Part shown: piece after piece, positions 12,339 through 25,100 of the stretch
Numbering within the stretch: the stretch's first letter is position 1
How the letters are laid out: every line of letters begins with the position of its first letter
Notes under the pieces: model-generated
What the model was told of the DNA's origin: nothing
The model's database searches: none
What the model saw: only the letters and a program-made list of their open reading frames with translations
Made by a program: the position numbers and the translations under genes
DNA from: Zygnema circumcarinatum SAG 698-1b
Lineage: Eukaryota > Plantae > Zygnematophyceae
Length of the DNA: 64,000 bases
Assembly: GCA_037447605.1 (NCBI GenBank)
Contig: CM074817.1
Coordinates: 1,922,001-1,986,000 of the forward strand
Reading direction: 5' to 3'

Positions 12339-13889
12339 ATGTGGTACAAGCGCGGCCTCTCCTCCTCTGTGCTGCTCCACCCCACCGACGATGTCAGCGA
12401 GCATTTCCTATTTGGCAAGGAACTAGGAAGTGGGTTTTCCGGAGTCGTCCGTCAGTGCACGGACCGCAGCACGGGCGAGGAGCTCGCCTGCAAGTCCATA
12501 AAGAAGGCGAACCTTGAAGACGAGGACGACTTCGACGATGTCCGCCTCGAGATCGCGGTCATGCGCCGTCTGAACGGGCACGCGGGGGTGGTCGCCCTCC
12601 GGGGGGTGTTTGAGGACCCGGACAGCGTTCACATCATAATGGAGCTTTGCGAGGGAGGGGACCTATTCGATGAAGTGGTAAAGAGAGGGCCTCTCTCAGA
12701 GGTGGGAGCCGCACGTGTGATAGCGCAGATAGCGGAGGCTGTGTCCTGCTGCCATGCAAAGGGAGTGATGCATCGCGACTTGAAGCCGGAGAATATTCTA
12801 CTGTCGCGGCCCTCGGGGCGCGGAGAGGGAGGGGGGAAGAGAGAGGAGCAGGAGAATTTTGTAGTGAAGCTTGCGGATTTTGGGCTGGCAATGTTTTTGG
12901 GTCCCTTCCAGGAAGCCTCTGGGTTTGCAGGGTCCCCTTATTATGTCGCTCCGGAGGTCCTCTCACAGACGTGGTATGGAAGAGAGGCCGACATTTGGTC
13001 TCTGGGAGTTGTGCTCTACGTGATGCTGAGTGGGGAGTTTCCATTTGCTGGAAAGACAGATGCTAAGCTTTACAAAGCGATCAAGAGAGGGCGTCTCACA
13101 TTCTCCCACCCCCCTTGGCCCTCAATTTCTGTGCTGGCCAAGTCCCTGATTCGCTCTATGCTCGCATTGGACCCCCGTTCCCGTCCAACTGCAACGGAAA
13201 TTTTGCAGCATCCATGGATTCAGAGGTTCTGCGACACTCCCTCACAGCGAGTCGGCCTCTCTAATCTTCTCATGCCGAAGTCGGCTGCAGCTTACTTCGC
13301 AGCCAGCTTGGGAGGCTTCCTCGGTAGCTCTCCTCCCTCCTCTCCCGCACATCTCAGCCCCCCTGAAGCGGAGCCTCCCATCACCTCCTCTCACGTCCTC
13401 TCTCTCTCAAAGGCCACCTCTCTCTACGTGGTCAAGGCCTCCAGCATTTCCGTTGCCATGGAACCAGTTGTGCAGCAGGAGGCGTCCGTTCCATGTGCTC
13501 CGTTCCCCGAATCTCACCCCACCATTCTCCCCTCCCTCTCCATGGCCCCCACCATGAACCCCCCCAAAGTGTTATCTGTGCCTAAGGGCCCATTCTCGGC
13601 CTCTGCCGGGGCAGATTCCCCAAAATCAGTACTGGCTTGCGCTGAAGAGGTAAGCGATAGCGACTCGGAGACGGGCGAAGTTGAAAAATCTGGTGATCAA
13701 ATGCCTTCTCCCACAGCAGAGGGAGGCCCTCCCTCTCTCGTGAATGGAGTACTTTCCGCCTGTCTGTGGCGTATTTCCGCCGCCTGTACCTGCTACTCCA
13801 GTGCTCTTTTGGGTCGCTGCCTTTCACGACGTCGCCCGGCAACAGAAGGAATGGCGGGTTCTAACACTGGTGTGAGTGCAGCACTATAG
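12339..13889 (+). CDS. Second intronless PEPKR/CDPK-related kinase, no EF hands; Ser/Pro-rich C-tail
   Basis: [35 protein letters not shown] and DIWSLG. ATG at 12339 (MWYKRG); upstream ORF sequence is a CT-rich tract. Confidence 0.92.
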   Translation: MWYKRGLSSSVLLHPTDDVSEHFLFGKELGSGFSGVVRQCTDRSTGEELACKSIKKANLEDEDDFDDVRLEIAVMRRLNGHAGVVALRGVFEDPDSVHIIMELCEGGDLFDEVVKRGPLSEVGAARVIAQIAEAVSCCHAKGVMHRDLKPENILLSRPSGRGEGGGKREEQENFVVKLADFGLAMFLGPFQEASGFAGSPYYVAPEVLSQTWYGREADIWSLGVVLYVMLSGEFPFAGKTDAKLYKAIKRGRLTFSHPPWPSISVLAKSLIRSMLALDPRSRPTATEILQHPWIQRFCDTPSQRVGLSNLLMPKSAAAYFAASLGGFLGSSPPSSPAHLSPPEAEPPITSSHVLSLSKATSLYVVKASSISVAMEPVVQQEASVPCAPFPESHPTILPSLSMAPTMNPPKVLSVPKGPFSASAGADSPKSVLACAEEVSDSDSETGEVEKSGDQMPSPTAEGGPPSLVNGVLSACLWRISAACTCYSSALLGRCLSRRRPATEGMAGSNTGVSAAL

Positions 13890-15148
13890 AGAGGAGAACT
13901 TGGGCTCATGTGGGTGGGCTGCTTTTGGTGGGAGACAATGCCTATGTTAAAATTTGAGGTGCGTTTTTAGGTAGTGGCTAGTTGGGCCCTTTTTCGATAG
14001 CACGGCAGAGGGGAGTTTTGGGGTCCAGTCGTCCTTTCCGTGAGCCATTGTGTACATATACAGAGATGTGCGTGAGATAGAGAGAAGTGTGTGTGTGAGC
14101 GAGAGAGAAAGAGAGAGAGAGAGAATGAGGGGTGAGGAGGGAGAGAGGGAGAGATCGACAGTGAAACAAACAGGTAGCGCTGGGCCAAGTGGAGGTCTGG
14201 GCACAGACAGGAGATTTGTAGCTCCACAAGGCCGTGTGTGAAATGCAGGTAGGGATCAATTGTAGGGCGAGTTCCGCTCATTTTGGTTTAGCTCACATTG
14301 GAAGCGGGACATGTAGAGGCCGTGCAGGCCGCAGATTAGGGAGGGAGGCAGTGAGGGGGAAGGTATGTAAGTAGAGCTGCCTGTCTTCGTATATGGTGCA
14401 GTTGCTGAGCCCTGGGCTTCACATTAGGGGGTTGGCAGAAATAAATGTAAGCGCGTATGCGCGTTTCCAAAGTGAAATTTACGAGTTACGAATTTACGAG
14501 CTGTCTTCGCCCTTGTGCTTGTTGAGCTGCTTGCCACGTGCGAAGGTGTCTCCTGAGGATACTTGGATAAATACCTGTTTATGTATTATTTGTTTATTTA
14601 TCATAATAGATTTGTCATAAATTCAATGCAACAGCACGATGTTGAGTAGCTGACTAACCTTATGAGGGTCGAATTAGCAGTTACTAACTCTTAGCCTTCT
14701 CGTATAAAAAAAGGGTACCTTTTTACTCTGAATGACGCATCTAATTTTCTGGTTAGACCACGTAAACTACAAGATGAGTCAAATTGTTCGACTCCAGTTG
14801 CAAGTGTAGCAAGCTACGGAGTTATTCAAATTACTCAACGAAGAAGTATTTATTTCATTGTTTTTTTTTTTAATTTAGTCAAACTCTACTTCTAAATTTT
14901 TCCACTCCATTCAAAACAGTTACTGTTCAAATGCGTGTAGGCTTAACCTACAGTCAGAAAAAAAAAAACGTCCACAACATGTAGAGCCGAAAGTGAAAGA
15001 AAATTGCTCATAGACAAGAAAAATTCGAGCAGATAGTAAAAAAAAAGAAATATCCATAGGGGCTCCGAGCTTTGTCATACGCAAAAAAGATTAAGAAGGA
15101 AGTAAAAAAACTAATTCTTTCTGCAGCTGCCGAACACTCAGCCTTTTC

Positions 15149-16853
15149 TTTAGAGGCGAGACTTGAGCTCTCTCCTCAGTATCTTCCCGGAGGCCGATTT
15201 CGGAATAGCCTCCACAAAAATGACCCCATGAAGGCGCTTGTATGGCGCAACCTGTACACAGTCCAAACAAAGGAAAGTGGCGGGAGAGGGATAGGGGACG
15301 GGGGAGGGGAAGGAGAGAGAGAGAGCGGGAAAACTGGATGCTTAAAAGTCACAAGCATATCTGAATTCATCAAACTCTTCCACTATCGTTCTCTCACTCT
15401 CTCTCTCTCTCACACTTCCCGCCCCCCCCCTTCTCTCCCTCAACAACATTTAGCCAAAGCAGTCACAACACGATGAAGTGGGCTCATACATTCTCATGAA
15501 CCAGCAAAATAAGAAGGTCCTCCTTTCTCTCCACAACATGACAGAAACTGAGCCCTGTTGGATGGGAGGTCTCGCCTGCTTTGCCACAAACTCCTTCACT
15601 TCTCCCTCCGTGAGCCTCTTCTCGGATCTCACAACAAACGCAACCGGCACCTCTCCCGCCTCCTCATGCGACTTTCTGCTAATCTCCGATACTCCCATCA
15701 TCGCCAGAGTCACCCTCAAAGTTTAGACCAGAAAAACTCTCAGATGAAACTGCATTTCCGACGCAATCAATATACTAAGAAAGAGCAATTGCCGATCAAA
15801 GCAGCAAGTGCCGAAGTAAAGGCAACCACGAAGTAAAGGCAATAAGGGTCTTACGGAACAACAGCTGCATCTGAAATGCAGGAGTGGGACAGCAGAATGC
15901 TCTCCAGTTCGGCAGGTGGGACCTGCATAACCGACCGAACCATACATATCTCGTTTTTAGCAGCTCGACCATAAATCCAAGACAAGGTCAAGCTCCGAAA
16001 GCACTGCAAAAAAAAAATTGCCTATCATCGACTACAACTGAAGATAATACCCAAAGCGAGAGCCCTGATGCAAGGACTCGCATAAAATCAATTGAGCTCA
16101 GAGAGACGAATTTTTTAGTAGATCTTGCGCTCAAGTTTGCGAGGTCACCACGTTTTCCCACAACATTTGAACAGTGTTGTACCTGAAACCCCTTGTACTT
16201 TATAAGCTCCTTCACTCGATCCACAATGAAGACCTCTCCCTCCTCATCGACAAATGCCACGTCACCGGTGTGTAGCCATCCGTCCTTGTCAATGGTTACA
16301 GCTGTCGCCTCCGGCTGGTTCAAGTACCCTGCCAGACTGACACGTGTCAGCTTGTGGGGAAGCCACCACAGCCACATGAACCCTCACATGAAGTAGCTCT
16401 TGTAGTCATCTTTCCGTACGTAAAATCATAGTTTGCATTCAAACAAATGAAGTCACCAATTGCTTTTCCGTCCTTGGCTTATCACATTATTCCTAAAGAC
16501 CTGCATACAAATGCATGCAAAAGAACCGTGACATGCGCAGAAATCATGGACAGTCAAAGCAAACACACACTTTACTATGAGATCTTGTACAGAACAACCA
16601 AACTTTGTCGACGAATTCACTTCTTTTGGATGTACTGTACCTTTCATGACTTGGGGGCCCCGCACGCAGAGCTCTCCCCTCTGATTGGCTGGGAGAGATT
16701 GCCCTGTGGCTGTATCCACAATGATAAGCTCCGTATTGGGTAGAACCGCTCCTGCAGAGCCGGGCTTGGAGAGGCCGCCACCTGGCATGAAGCCGCGGCT
16801 GAGAGTCAAGGTGGGACTGCTCTCAGTCATGCCATAACCCTGCAACACACACA

Positions 16854-16891
<38 letters not shown>

Positions 16892-19733
16892 GTGAAGGTT
16901 TCATGGGTTGGATGACAGCTGCACATGCCAGCTTTACAGGACCAACTGCAGGAATCCAATCTGCTTCTAAATTCTTGTGTTCAAACACCTTCATAGTTCT
17001 AAGACTGCGAATCTTAACGGGAAAAAAAAACCCACTTCAATTTGCGCTACAGGTCAACGCCCCTGTTCTGGACCAGTTGTGGGTGTAATTCACGAGCTTT
17101 AATAAGCGAAGAAATTTCAGGGAAATAGCCAGAATGAAGCTCACCTGTCCAATAACAACTTTGGGAAACCGACTTCTGAATGCTAATTCAAGATCTGCTC
17201 CAAGAGGAGCAGCTCCTGAAACGACCTTCTTTAAAGAATGCCATTTGTATTTGTTTACCACAGAGGACTTCGCCAGAGCTGTTCCATCAACCACAGCCCA
17301 CAGACAAAGAAAGTTCTTCAATCTGCTTTCACTCTGTTTCCAATAAAGATAACTTTACTTTTGGAATATTTGGAATGCAAATTGTAAACAAGAAGGGCCG
17401 AGAACTGACCCAAAATAATTGGTGGCACTAGTGGAGCCATTGTGATGCCGTACTTCTCTCCAAGGGTCAACATGTGCTCAAGGTCAAATCGCGGCATTGT
17501 GACAAGTGTCGCACCGGCTTTGAGCGCTACCATGTTGATGCATGTCATGGCGTAAATGTGAAACATAGGCAGCAATGCAAGCGTCACGTCGCCCGTCCTG
17601 ATCGACATTTCGCAGTACAATGGTAGTCAATGTGCAGAGAATGACAAACATTGTAAAAAGGGAGTACCCTGTGTAGAGCGAATCATCGTAACATCTGGCC
17701 AACATGGACAAGTGTACAAGTTGACGATGATGCCGCCATTGAATTTGCCCCATTTGATCCATGGAAATGGAGAGGATGAGGTGTACGGCATGAGCTCAGT
17801 CGATGGCTCTCACCCAGTTTCTAGTCGGGCTTTGACCCCTCCAAGATGCTGCGCCACATTTGATATCACGTTTCTATGTGTCAACATAACCCCCTTTGCA
17901 TCTCCCGTTGTTCCCGACGAGTAAGGCAGCACGCAGACATCATGGTCGGAAACTTTTGGGAAAACTGCTTTTGACCCATCAGCTGCAAAAAGTTGCGAAA
18001 CTGTTGCCTCTTTCGACCGAGGTTTTCCCAGCAGCACAATAGCCAGCTTACTCTCTTCTACTTTGTCTGCAAGTTCACGAACAGCGAAAGCTAAGTCATA
18101 AACAAAGCAGCAAATGCTTGTGAGCTGATTAATATTCTAAAGACAGGCTAGAAATAAGAGGAGCATAATTCCTCTAGCTCAGTGGATAGCATTTAAAAGC
18201 CCAAAACCCACCTGGAGATTAATCTAATCCAACACGGACTACGGAGACAGCCTCATATAATAGCTTGGTTTGAAGAAGGCAAGGGAAGCAACTAAGCGTG
18301 GAAGGCATTAGCTTTCAAAAAGTCCTCTTATACAACCGAGTTAGAGGGGAAATGCAATCAGACCAGTTTGGAATCTGCATTTGGCAAAGCTCCATACCAG
18401 CAAGGGCTTCAATAGTAATGATCAATTTTGCCTTTGAGTCTTTGAGCTGCTTTGATATCTCCCTCACTCCATAAGTCGGGTTTGCAGTGGTCACAATAGC
18501 GCCCGCAGCCACAATAGCGAGGAAGAGCAGTGGGTACTCTGGACAGTTAGGGAGGAGCAGCATAACAGCATCTCCCGGCCTGCAAAGCAAGTACACAATG
18601 AATTCAATAAAAAACATGTGATGTGAACCACACAAAACATCAGCTTACCGGAAGAGGATTGCAGATGCTCGAATCGATGCCGGCCATTGAAGTTCAAGGT
18701 GCGCTAAGCTTGAAGCATCTCACCACCACATGGCATTATTGTAAATGTTTAATAAGTGCTATGTTAGGCCACCTGCTGGTATAAAACAGAGATACGTCTC
18801 TCTATACAGTCGCTCTCGCCAAACAACCATCTTGGACACTCTCAGCTCCGAATGGACGTATTTCTGAACACGACTTAAGCATGTGGAACCCATTTTCTTC
18901 AAGGTTTTTTTAACGCGTCGCTCTATGGGGTAGCCAGTCAATGTTCTACGCAATTTGGTGGAACTTCTATTAATAGTTGCCTCCTAGACGATGTTTCCAC
19001 CTATAATGAAAACCACATTAGTCGTTATTTAGGAGCCCGAATTAGGTTCTCAAATTCAAATTTGATGATTTTGTGAATGACAAATGATGCTATGCGTGAG
19101 ATTGAGCGCACAAGGACATCCTGACAGAAGGTTTGAATAGGTACACACGACATGCTTGATGACATAGCACGGAACAGCATGTCTATATACACTTGGATGC
19201 GTTCTATATACATATATGGTGATTTACATGGCCAACAAAACTGTTAGGCCACACAGGCATCCAGGACGAGAAATTAATACACATAAAGATAAAGATTGGA
19301 ACAATGTGTCAAGTTTGTTTTTACAAAGTTCAGCCATGAAAGTTATTCAAATTATATGAGAAAAATCAAGACGGAATGTATATAAGCAGCTTGCCTGATT
19401 CCTAACTCGGTCAATCCCGTCACAGTATTGTACACCAAACGCTTCACCTGCCGAGAAAAGAAGCCAGAAAAGTAGGAAAAAATAAATTCATAAGCAAAGG
19501 AACCCTATAAATGAAAATTTCTTCCTTTCCAGCATCTTCAATAGACAAACAGGGACTCTGCACTCTGGCTACACCTCCGCATAACTGTAGCCATGGCCGT
19601 CAGTCCCGTCTACAATGGCCTTCCGACTGCCATGGCGCTCTGCTCCTTCCAGAATGTAGTCAGGCAGCGAGATGCCTTCAGGTATCGCCACATCTCCTGT
19701 CAGACTCCTGAACACGAAGCTCGGAGAAGCCAT
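15149..19733 (-). CDS. 4CL-like: 4-coumarate:CoA-ligase-like acyl-activating enzyme with C-terminal PTS1 (SRL), multi-exon
   Basis: [18 protein letters not shown] (AMP box), [27 protein letters not shown] and [14 protein letters not shown]. Last exon reads [18 protein letters not shown]-stop (TAA at 15149-15151). Confidence 0.92.
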
Positions 19734-20230
19734 GGCGGCCTCCAGCGCTCCCCGTCCCCAGCAGGAGCCTTCCGGTTGCTCTCCAACGACAACATCGCAA
19801 TCGTATCGTATAGTTTCCATATCTCGATATATTGTATCGATAACAGGCTAGCCGCCGATCGGCAATACAATTGATATCGTATATCGTATCGTATTATATC
19901 CAAGCGTACTTCGATGTATCCCTCTAAAGTGGAAAGTATCGGTTGGGATATATCTGGCTATATCGTTTGCATACTACTGTAGAAGATGTCGCCATCGAGT
20001 CCTGCCTTGGCCAACACGATAACGGGATTCCCAAACGCTGCAATTCGCTTTCTGTGGACAGCGACGCGTTTGCGGAGGCGGCTTGCCGCGTCCGCGAAGA
20101 TCCAGATCGGACGGCGGAACGCGTTCACGTGCTCGACACTCCACCGTCCGATTCGCGGATCGCGAGCCTTCCGCACCCACGCCAGAACTAGAAATTGCCG
20201 CGATTCCCAAACTCGTCATTCAGCGCCGCA

Positions 20231-21103
20231 ATGGAGAACCCCGCAGCAGCAGCAGCAGCCCCCTCGGGCCCCGCCCCTCCCACCACCGAGCTCGCCGCCC
20301 TCCTCCTCCCCTCCGCGCCATGGATGGGGAAGAGAGGCCACCGCCGCCATGCCCTTCGGGGAAGCTCTGAGCACCCCCACCGCCACCGCGGCCACGGCCA
20401 TGGCCATGGCCACGGCCACGGCCATGGCTATGGTCACAAGCACCACCGAGGCCACGGGGGTGACAAGGAAGTTCATGATGGAGGTCATCCCGGCTTCTTC
20501 AAGGGGCGCCATGGCGGTCACATGCACCGCATGCATGGCATGCATGGTGGAGCATGGCGTCGAGGGCGATCCGTCAGCCCCTCCCCTCTTAACGGAGCGG
20601 AGCTTGACCCAAGCAAGGTGGCTGTGATTCTGGAGGAGGCGGGGAAGGATGGCGAATACCGAAGGCATGGAAAGTATGGAAGAGGCGGCCGCCATGGCGG
20701 TATCCTCGCTGCAGATGTGTGGGAGAAGGAGGACGCGTATGTGGTCGCGGTGGACGCGGCGGGAGTGAAGGAGGAGGACGTACGGACGCACTTCCAGGCG
20801 GGGACGGGGCCGGGAGAAGGCCCGCTCCTGCTGCTCAGCGTCACACGTGCGGGGGAGGCCGATGGCACGTGCAAGCTCGTGCGGCGGGAGCGTCTGGTTG
20901 GTCGGTTTGAGCGCAGGCTGCGGCTGGCGGAGGATGCGGCCGTGGAGGCGGCGGCGACCGCTGTGGGGGGCGGCGTCATCACTGTCACGGTGCCGCGCAG
21001 GGCGAGGGAGAAAGAGGGGGAGGGAGGGGCTCCGCTGGATGTGGCTATGGCGGAGGGAGAGAGAGAGGGAGAGGGAGAGGGAGAGGGAGAGAAGACTGTA
21101 TGA
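20231..21103 (+). CDS. Intronless small heat-shock (alpha-crystallin domain) protein with His/Gly-rich N-terminal arm
   Basis: ADVWEKEDAYVVAVDAAGVKEEDV ... RRERLVGRFERRLRL ... GVITVTVPR matches the ACD pattern. HGHGHGHGHGHGYGHKHH arm. ATG at 20231. Confidence 0.8.
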   Translation: MENPAAAAAAPSGPAPPTTELAALLLPSAPWMGKRGHRRHALRGSSEHPHRHRGHGHGHGHGHGHGYGHKHHRGHGGDKEVHDGGHPGFFKGRHGGHMHRMHGMHGGAWRRGRSVSPSPLNGAELDPSKVAVILEEAGKDGEYRRHGKYGRGGRHGGILAADVWEKEDAYVVAVDAAGVKEEDVRTHFQAGTGPGEGPLLLLSVTRAGEADGTCKLVRRERLVGRFERRLRLAEDAAVEAAATAVGGGVITVTVPRRAREKEGEGGAPLDVAMAEGEREGEGEGEGEKTV

Positions 21104-22155
21104 GGAGAGTCTGTGAGAGATCAGATGTAGCGTTGGGTTGAGTTGGGGTGTTGATACGTTGGTACACGAGGGGGGTACCTGGCAATAGTCTTCAAAAAGC
21201 ACAAAAAAAAGGGGGAGACGGGGGGGAAGAAGGGGGTAGCGATGAGCTTTCATTGTACTATACAGTTTGAAGGAGAGGAATGAAGTGTGGCGAAGCTTAC
21301 TGTCGCCTTCGTTCATTTTGCGTACATGCAGACCATGGCTTCAAGTGTTTGTGGTGTAGTCACTTGTCAAATGGGTTTCATTTTGTGAAGTCTCTGCCGA
21401 TGAACTCCTCAGCCCGAACTTGAAGCAACAAACCTTGATGCTCATTAGAGGCAGGAGGAAGTTGGTTGATTGAGGCTTTCTTCGTGCTGATGTGAAGTTA
21501 AGTGAAATTTAACCTAGCTTTGGTGATTGGTGGTTTGAGGGAGAGAACCGCTGTTCGAAAGAGCAACTGAAGGTTTTGAGAATGGGAATTGTTTATTGCT
21601 CGATGTTTGCGTGTGTGTTCTTATGTGTGATTTCATACACAAAAGCTGCCCTCTTTATCTTTTTAATTCTGTCTGTGTTAAAATACAAATGTTATTGCGA
21701 TACAACATGACAGAAGGCACTGTTTGTATGCAGAAAATGAAAACTAAGAATGTAGAGTTATGACAGACGCGAAAGTCAAAAAACCTTTTTGATTTTGATG
21801 GCTGGTTTTGTGCATGTACATGTGATGGCTTCGCCATCGTGAGATCAATGATGCCACATGATGCCACTTTCTTGTTAGTTTTGCTTTGGCTTTTGAACAG
21901 AACATCGCGATATGTAAACGACTTACCGATACCAAGCAGAGCGAATGTATTCGAATGCCGATACAGTATATCTATCGCGAACGATTTATCGAAGCTTCGT
22001 CATAAGTCCTCCGTCCCTCCCTGGTGATCTTCAAATCTCATCGAGCGGAAGTCGAAAGTGGGAGAATACAGTAGCATAAACAGGGAAATTAGAGTAGCCA
22101 GAGGCAGAAGCGTCCATCCTTCAGCATCACTTGCGAATTTTGAGCTCCTTTTGTC

Positions 22156-25100
22156 ATGGAAAGTGAGTCCACACCTCCTGTCAATGGTGAGCTATGCAAA
22201 GCAGAAGACGAGGATGAGGAGGTTCCCGAGGCAATAGAGCTTAAGAACGAAGGCACTGCAGTGAGACCGCCTGTGCCGGTAACCATCATTACGGGATATT
22301 TAGGCGCCGGAAAGACCACGGTCAGTCGTGAAATCTTCACTTTGTGCTGCAGGAACGCTGCGTGTGATAATAAAGTAAAATGTTTCCAGGAGAGACGAAC
22401 GATTTCTTTATTGATTTTTAGTCTTATTGATGTTTTTTGTTCTACTAAGCTTCATATGGTTTCTCGGAAGGGAGGATTTTTGTAATCGAGAGACTAAGCT
22501 ATCTTGCTTTTCCGCTACTCAAAACTCGCTGAATTTCTACCATGTTTGACACACTTCAATTGCAAAGCCAGAAGTCGTTGAGGCTAAACAGCTGTCATTG
22601 GAAGAATGTCGACAAAACCTCTTTTTTTCTCCCCATATTCGCTGCTCTCTTGCTACTTTCTTCCTCAAGCCTCAAGAACAGCCGGCTTCCGATTCTCGCA
22701 ACTGAGATGGCGCAAAAATGTTCAGAAAAAGCCTGATCTTTATTGGCTGACCATTGGCTGCAAAACTTAATAAACGCTAGCTTTTGGAAGCTCTACATGT
22801 ATCCGTGTTCAGCATCCGCTTGTTATCGATAGTCCGGAAGTTGATCTATTCATAAACTTTTCCTACTATTTTGGAAAAGGTTGTTTCAGAGAAATTCGTA
22901 AAATATATTGTCCTCTACTGTGTAGAATCTGCTATCGCTCTACCTGTAAGGAAGCTGATGATCTGGAGAGTCGCATTCTTTAGAAATTCTCCATCTAATG
23001 CCTTTTGATTTTACCGATTGATTTTGTCACTTCCATTATTCCTCAAATCTACTATGATCCAATGCCTGTACCCTTGTACTTCCAGTTGGTGAACTACGTT
23101 CTTACAGCTCAACATGGGCAACGAATTGCTGTTATTCTGAACGAATATGGAGCAGAACTGGACATAGAGAGAGCGCTGGTTAGCGAGGGCGAGGGGGAGA
23201 ACGCCACCTTGGTAGAGGAGTGGATAGAACTGGGGAATGGCTGCATCTGCTGCAGCACCAAAAACAGCTTTGTCCAGGTCTTGGAGGAGCTCATGCAGCG
23301 CAGAGACAAGTATTCCTCCTTACAACTCGTCCCTCTTTGCCTGATCGGTCACTTGCAAATTGTTGTTGTTGAGGCAGGTTTGGCTCTCCTTGAAGTCCGC
23401 ATATGCTCTAAACAGCTCAAGTTAGGCAATGTTTCTGTATGGCAGGTTTGACCACATTCTCCTGGAGACCACTGGACTTGCAAATCCTGGCCCTGTTGCA
23501 GGCCTGCTTTGGGTGGACGAGCCCCTTGAAGCTGCAGTGCGACTGGATGCTGTGGTCACGGTGAACTTCCAGCATTAGCTGATCTCTCTCTCTCTCTCTC
23601 TCTCCCCCTCCCTCTCCCCTCTCCCTCTCCCTCTCTCTCTGTAATTTGAACTTCAGTGGTATTCCTCCCTGTTGAACTCATTTGGGTTAGAGAGACGTAT
23701 GTAGAGCTCATGGATTAAGCTAATCCGAGGGTACAGTAGTGACCTGCAGGTGGTCGATGCTCGGAATCTCCAGAAGCAGCTCGGGGAACAGAGGGAAGCC
23801 GGGGCAGCAAATGAAGCTGCTCTTCAGATTGCTTTTGCGGTGCGATCTCTTTTATTGTGCGTGGAGTGAGTCGGTCCGCCTTCCCAGTTTCCTGCCTCGT
23901 CGTACACAGCTGAGTGAAGAACCATCCTACTCTTTGCCTCCCTGCATTCATGTGACCTCAGGTTTCCATTGGTTGTTATTGATCCCAGGACATAGTTATA
24001 CTCAACAAGATTGACCTACTTTCATCGGAGTCAAAAAGTACATCTGCATCCCTGGGTGGGATTAGTGCTCAATCTTCTTCCTTAGCTTTCGATTCTTCCA
24101 TCAGCACGGAACGACAATTATCTGAATCTCCATCAATCGAACTGCCTTCTGAGCCTGCAAATGAGTGCCATGGAGAGGAGAGCAACCCTCTCACTGAGTT
24201 ACCTGCTCAGGTGATGGTTGGAGGCTCCAATATAGTGGGCATAAGGGCAGGGATTGGCAGCCGGATAGCAATAGATGAGGAAAGAGTGAGGGCTTTGGAA
24301 GAAGAGATTCGAAGCATTAACGCGATGGCTACAATCATTCGATCCGTTCGATGCCAAGTTGATCTCCGGCAAATTCTTCAGCGAGGGTCCCTTGATCCGC
24401 AGGTGGATCTCGCAGGCACTTTATCTGAATTGGCATTTCATTAGCTGTTTCTGAATGGATGTTTAACAGGAAGATGGTTTGGCCTTATGAACATGCAAGG
24501 GTGGCCTTTTGTAAAACTGAACTTGCAAATATTTTGACCTGTACAGATGTATCCACACACGCATACGTTCTTTCACGATTCCTTCGCGTTTTCCTCCTTT
24601 CCATTCTGTTTTGTTTTCCCCCTCCCTTTGGTTCCCTTTCTTTTCTCCTACTGCAACTCTGCCTTCCAGTTGTGCCTATCCCTTGTGTCCTTGAGCTCTC
24701 CTATCATGCATTCATTCCTGTGATTGTCAGTACAGCCTTTTTTCTGTCTTACCTTCTATCTACCCTTCTTGGGCTGTTCCTTACCAGAGAGTCGCGGAAT
24801 TGGAGCAGCTCTTAGAAGCTGACAGTCGCCAAGGCCACCGCCATGACTCCTCTGTTGGAACAGTCAGCTTTTGGCTACCCGGGTTTGTTGATGTTGCCAA
24901 GGTAAGATCTCACTCTTAACTCTTAACTCTTTGTCTTGTTTGTTTTGCGTAGTATGTCTAGGTATGACAATGTTTGATGTCATTTCACGGACATCACAGC
25001 GTGTTTGATGGCTTCCATATGGATTCATGCGTAGGGATGCAAACAGGCATGGGATCCCTAACATCAGAACATAAGAAAATCTCTTAGTGCACAAGTAACC

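Noticed and set aside
18174-18195. TAGCTCAGTGGATAGC resembling a tRNA A-box/D-arm
   Set aside because: No B-box, anticodon arm or acceptor stem follows; it lies in a 4CL-like intron.
20216-21316. 366-aa antisense ORF over the sHSP (and similar antisense ORFs over kinases and CCS)
   Set aside because: Shadow ORFs of GC-rich coding sequence with no recognisable domain.
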